A DNA stretch of 64,000 nt from Asterias rubens (taxonomy: Eukaryota). Below the pieces are notes generated by a model, which was given only the letters and a program-made list of their open reading frames with translations, did not search any database and was not told the origin of the DNA. Location: assembly GCF_902459465.1 (NCBI RefSeq), contig NC_047067.1, forward strand, positions 4,588,001 to 4,652,000, read 5' to 3'. The position numbers and the translations under genes are program-made. Below are positions 63,046-64,000 of this stretch, piece by piece; the stretch's first letter is position 1, and the number at the start of each line of letters is the position of its first letter.

Positions 63046-63432
63046 TTAAAGGCAGTGGACACTATTGGTAATTGTCAAAGACCAGTCTTCTCACTTGGTG
63101 TTTCTCAACATATGCATAAAATAACAAACCTGTGAAAATTTGAGCTCAATCGGTTGTAGAAGTTGCGAGATAATAATGAAAGAAAAAAAACACCCTTGTC
63201 ACACGAAGTTGTGTGCTTTTGATGCTTGATTTCGAGACCTCAAATTCTAAACTTGAGGTCTCGAAATCAAATTCGTGGAAAATTACTTCTTTCTCAAAAA
63301 CTACGTCACTTCAGAGGGAGCTGTTTCTCACAATGTTTTATACCATCAACCTCTCCCCATAACTTGTAATCAAGAAAGGTTTTATGATGGTAATTATTTT
63401 GAGTAACTACCAATAGTGTCCACTGCCTTTAA
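63046..63432 (-). mobile_element. TTAA MITE family copy (near-consensus)
   Basis: ttaaaggcagtggacac ... gtgtccactgcctttaa. Confidence 0.88.
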
Positions 63433-63598
63433 TTTAAATCCATAGCAAGTTTTACAAAGTTTCATAGAAATGAGAAAAGTATGCAAGTTTGGTTAAGATT
63501 GCTAGAGTTGTTTAGCTTTGATTTCTCTGTACACTACTGAAGCCATATGCTTGTATGTAGATAGATTGCCACTGTAGTTGGGTAAACAGAAATTAGGT

Positions 63599-63882
63599 TA
63601 GCTAGGGCTTGCTTGGGTGTGTGTACATGTGCCTAGCTAGGGCTTGCTTGGGTGTGTGTACATGTGCCTAGCTAGGGCTTGCTTGGGTGTGTGTACATGT
63701 GCCTAGCTAGGGCTTGCTTGGGTGTGTGTACATGTGCCTAGCTAGGGCTTGCTTGGGTGTGTGTACATGTGCCTAGCTAGGGCTTGCTTGGGTGTGTGTA
63801 CATGTGCCTAGCTAGGGCTTGCTTGGGTGTGTGTACATGTGCCTAGCTAGGGCTTGCTTGGGTGTGTGTACATGTGCCTAGC
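63599..63882. repeat. 35-bp perfect tandem repeat x8
   Basis: (GCTAGGGCTTGCTTGGGTGTGTGTACATGTGCCTA)8; no spacers. Confidence 0.97.
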
Positions 63883-64000
63883 ATGCAGAGATCACGTTAA
63901 CGACTTTCATATATTTTGGCAAAGTGATAAGACTATACTCGATCCTGCTCTATTCTTTTGTCTTTGCCCAATATAGAATTTAACGTTACTGATGAGAAGA

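Noticed and set aside
63599-63882. CRISPR-like 35-bp repeat array
   Set aside because: Units are head-to-tail with no spacers, the context is eukaryotic, and there are no cas genes; it is a minisatellite.

Overview
Intron-rich, AT-rich animal genomic DNA, probably an echinoderm (inferred from the sea-urchin-IC1-type NME8 gene; not provable from sequence alone). Hand-splicing gives four host genes. Three are C2H2 zinc-finger genes: A (minus, 4923 to <1, incomplete), B (minus, 16953-9844, ~1586 aa, 9 dispersed fingers) and C (plus, 31435-33361, ~425 aa, 6 fingers). The fourth is an NME8/TXNDC3 homologue (plus, 38483 to >=62582): thioredoxin WCGPC domain, 3 NDK domains and an acidic tail built from 8 symmetric phase-1 exons. 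Between the divergent genes B and C lies an ~11.6-kb region bounded by nested inverted repeats. It contains a 5-exon, frame-intact N-terminal half of an Academ-like transposase whose introns carry a young CR1 LINE, a SINE and MITEs. The rest of the window is dense with MITEs (>=12 copies of one TTAA-flanked family, plus Harbinger-like foldbacks), an L2 fragment and tandem repeats. The most interesting signals are a gapless N-terminal helical motif shared by all three zinc-finger genes, the nested TIR/Academ-like unit, and the modular NME8 tail. All exon models and family assignments were made by eye and need RNA-seq or database confirmation.
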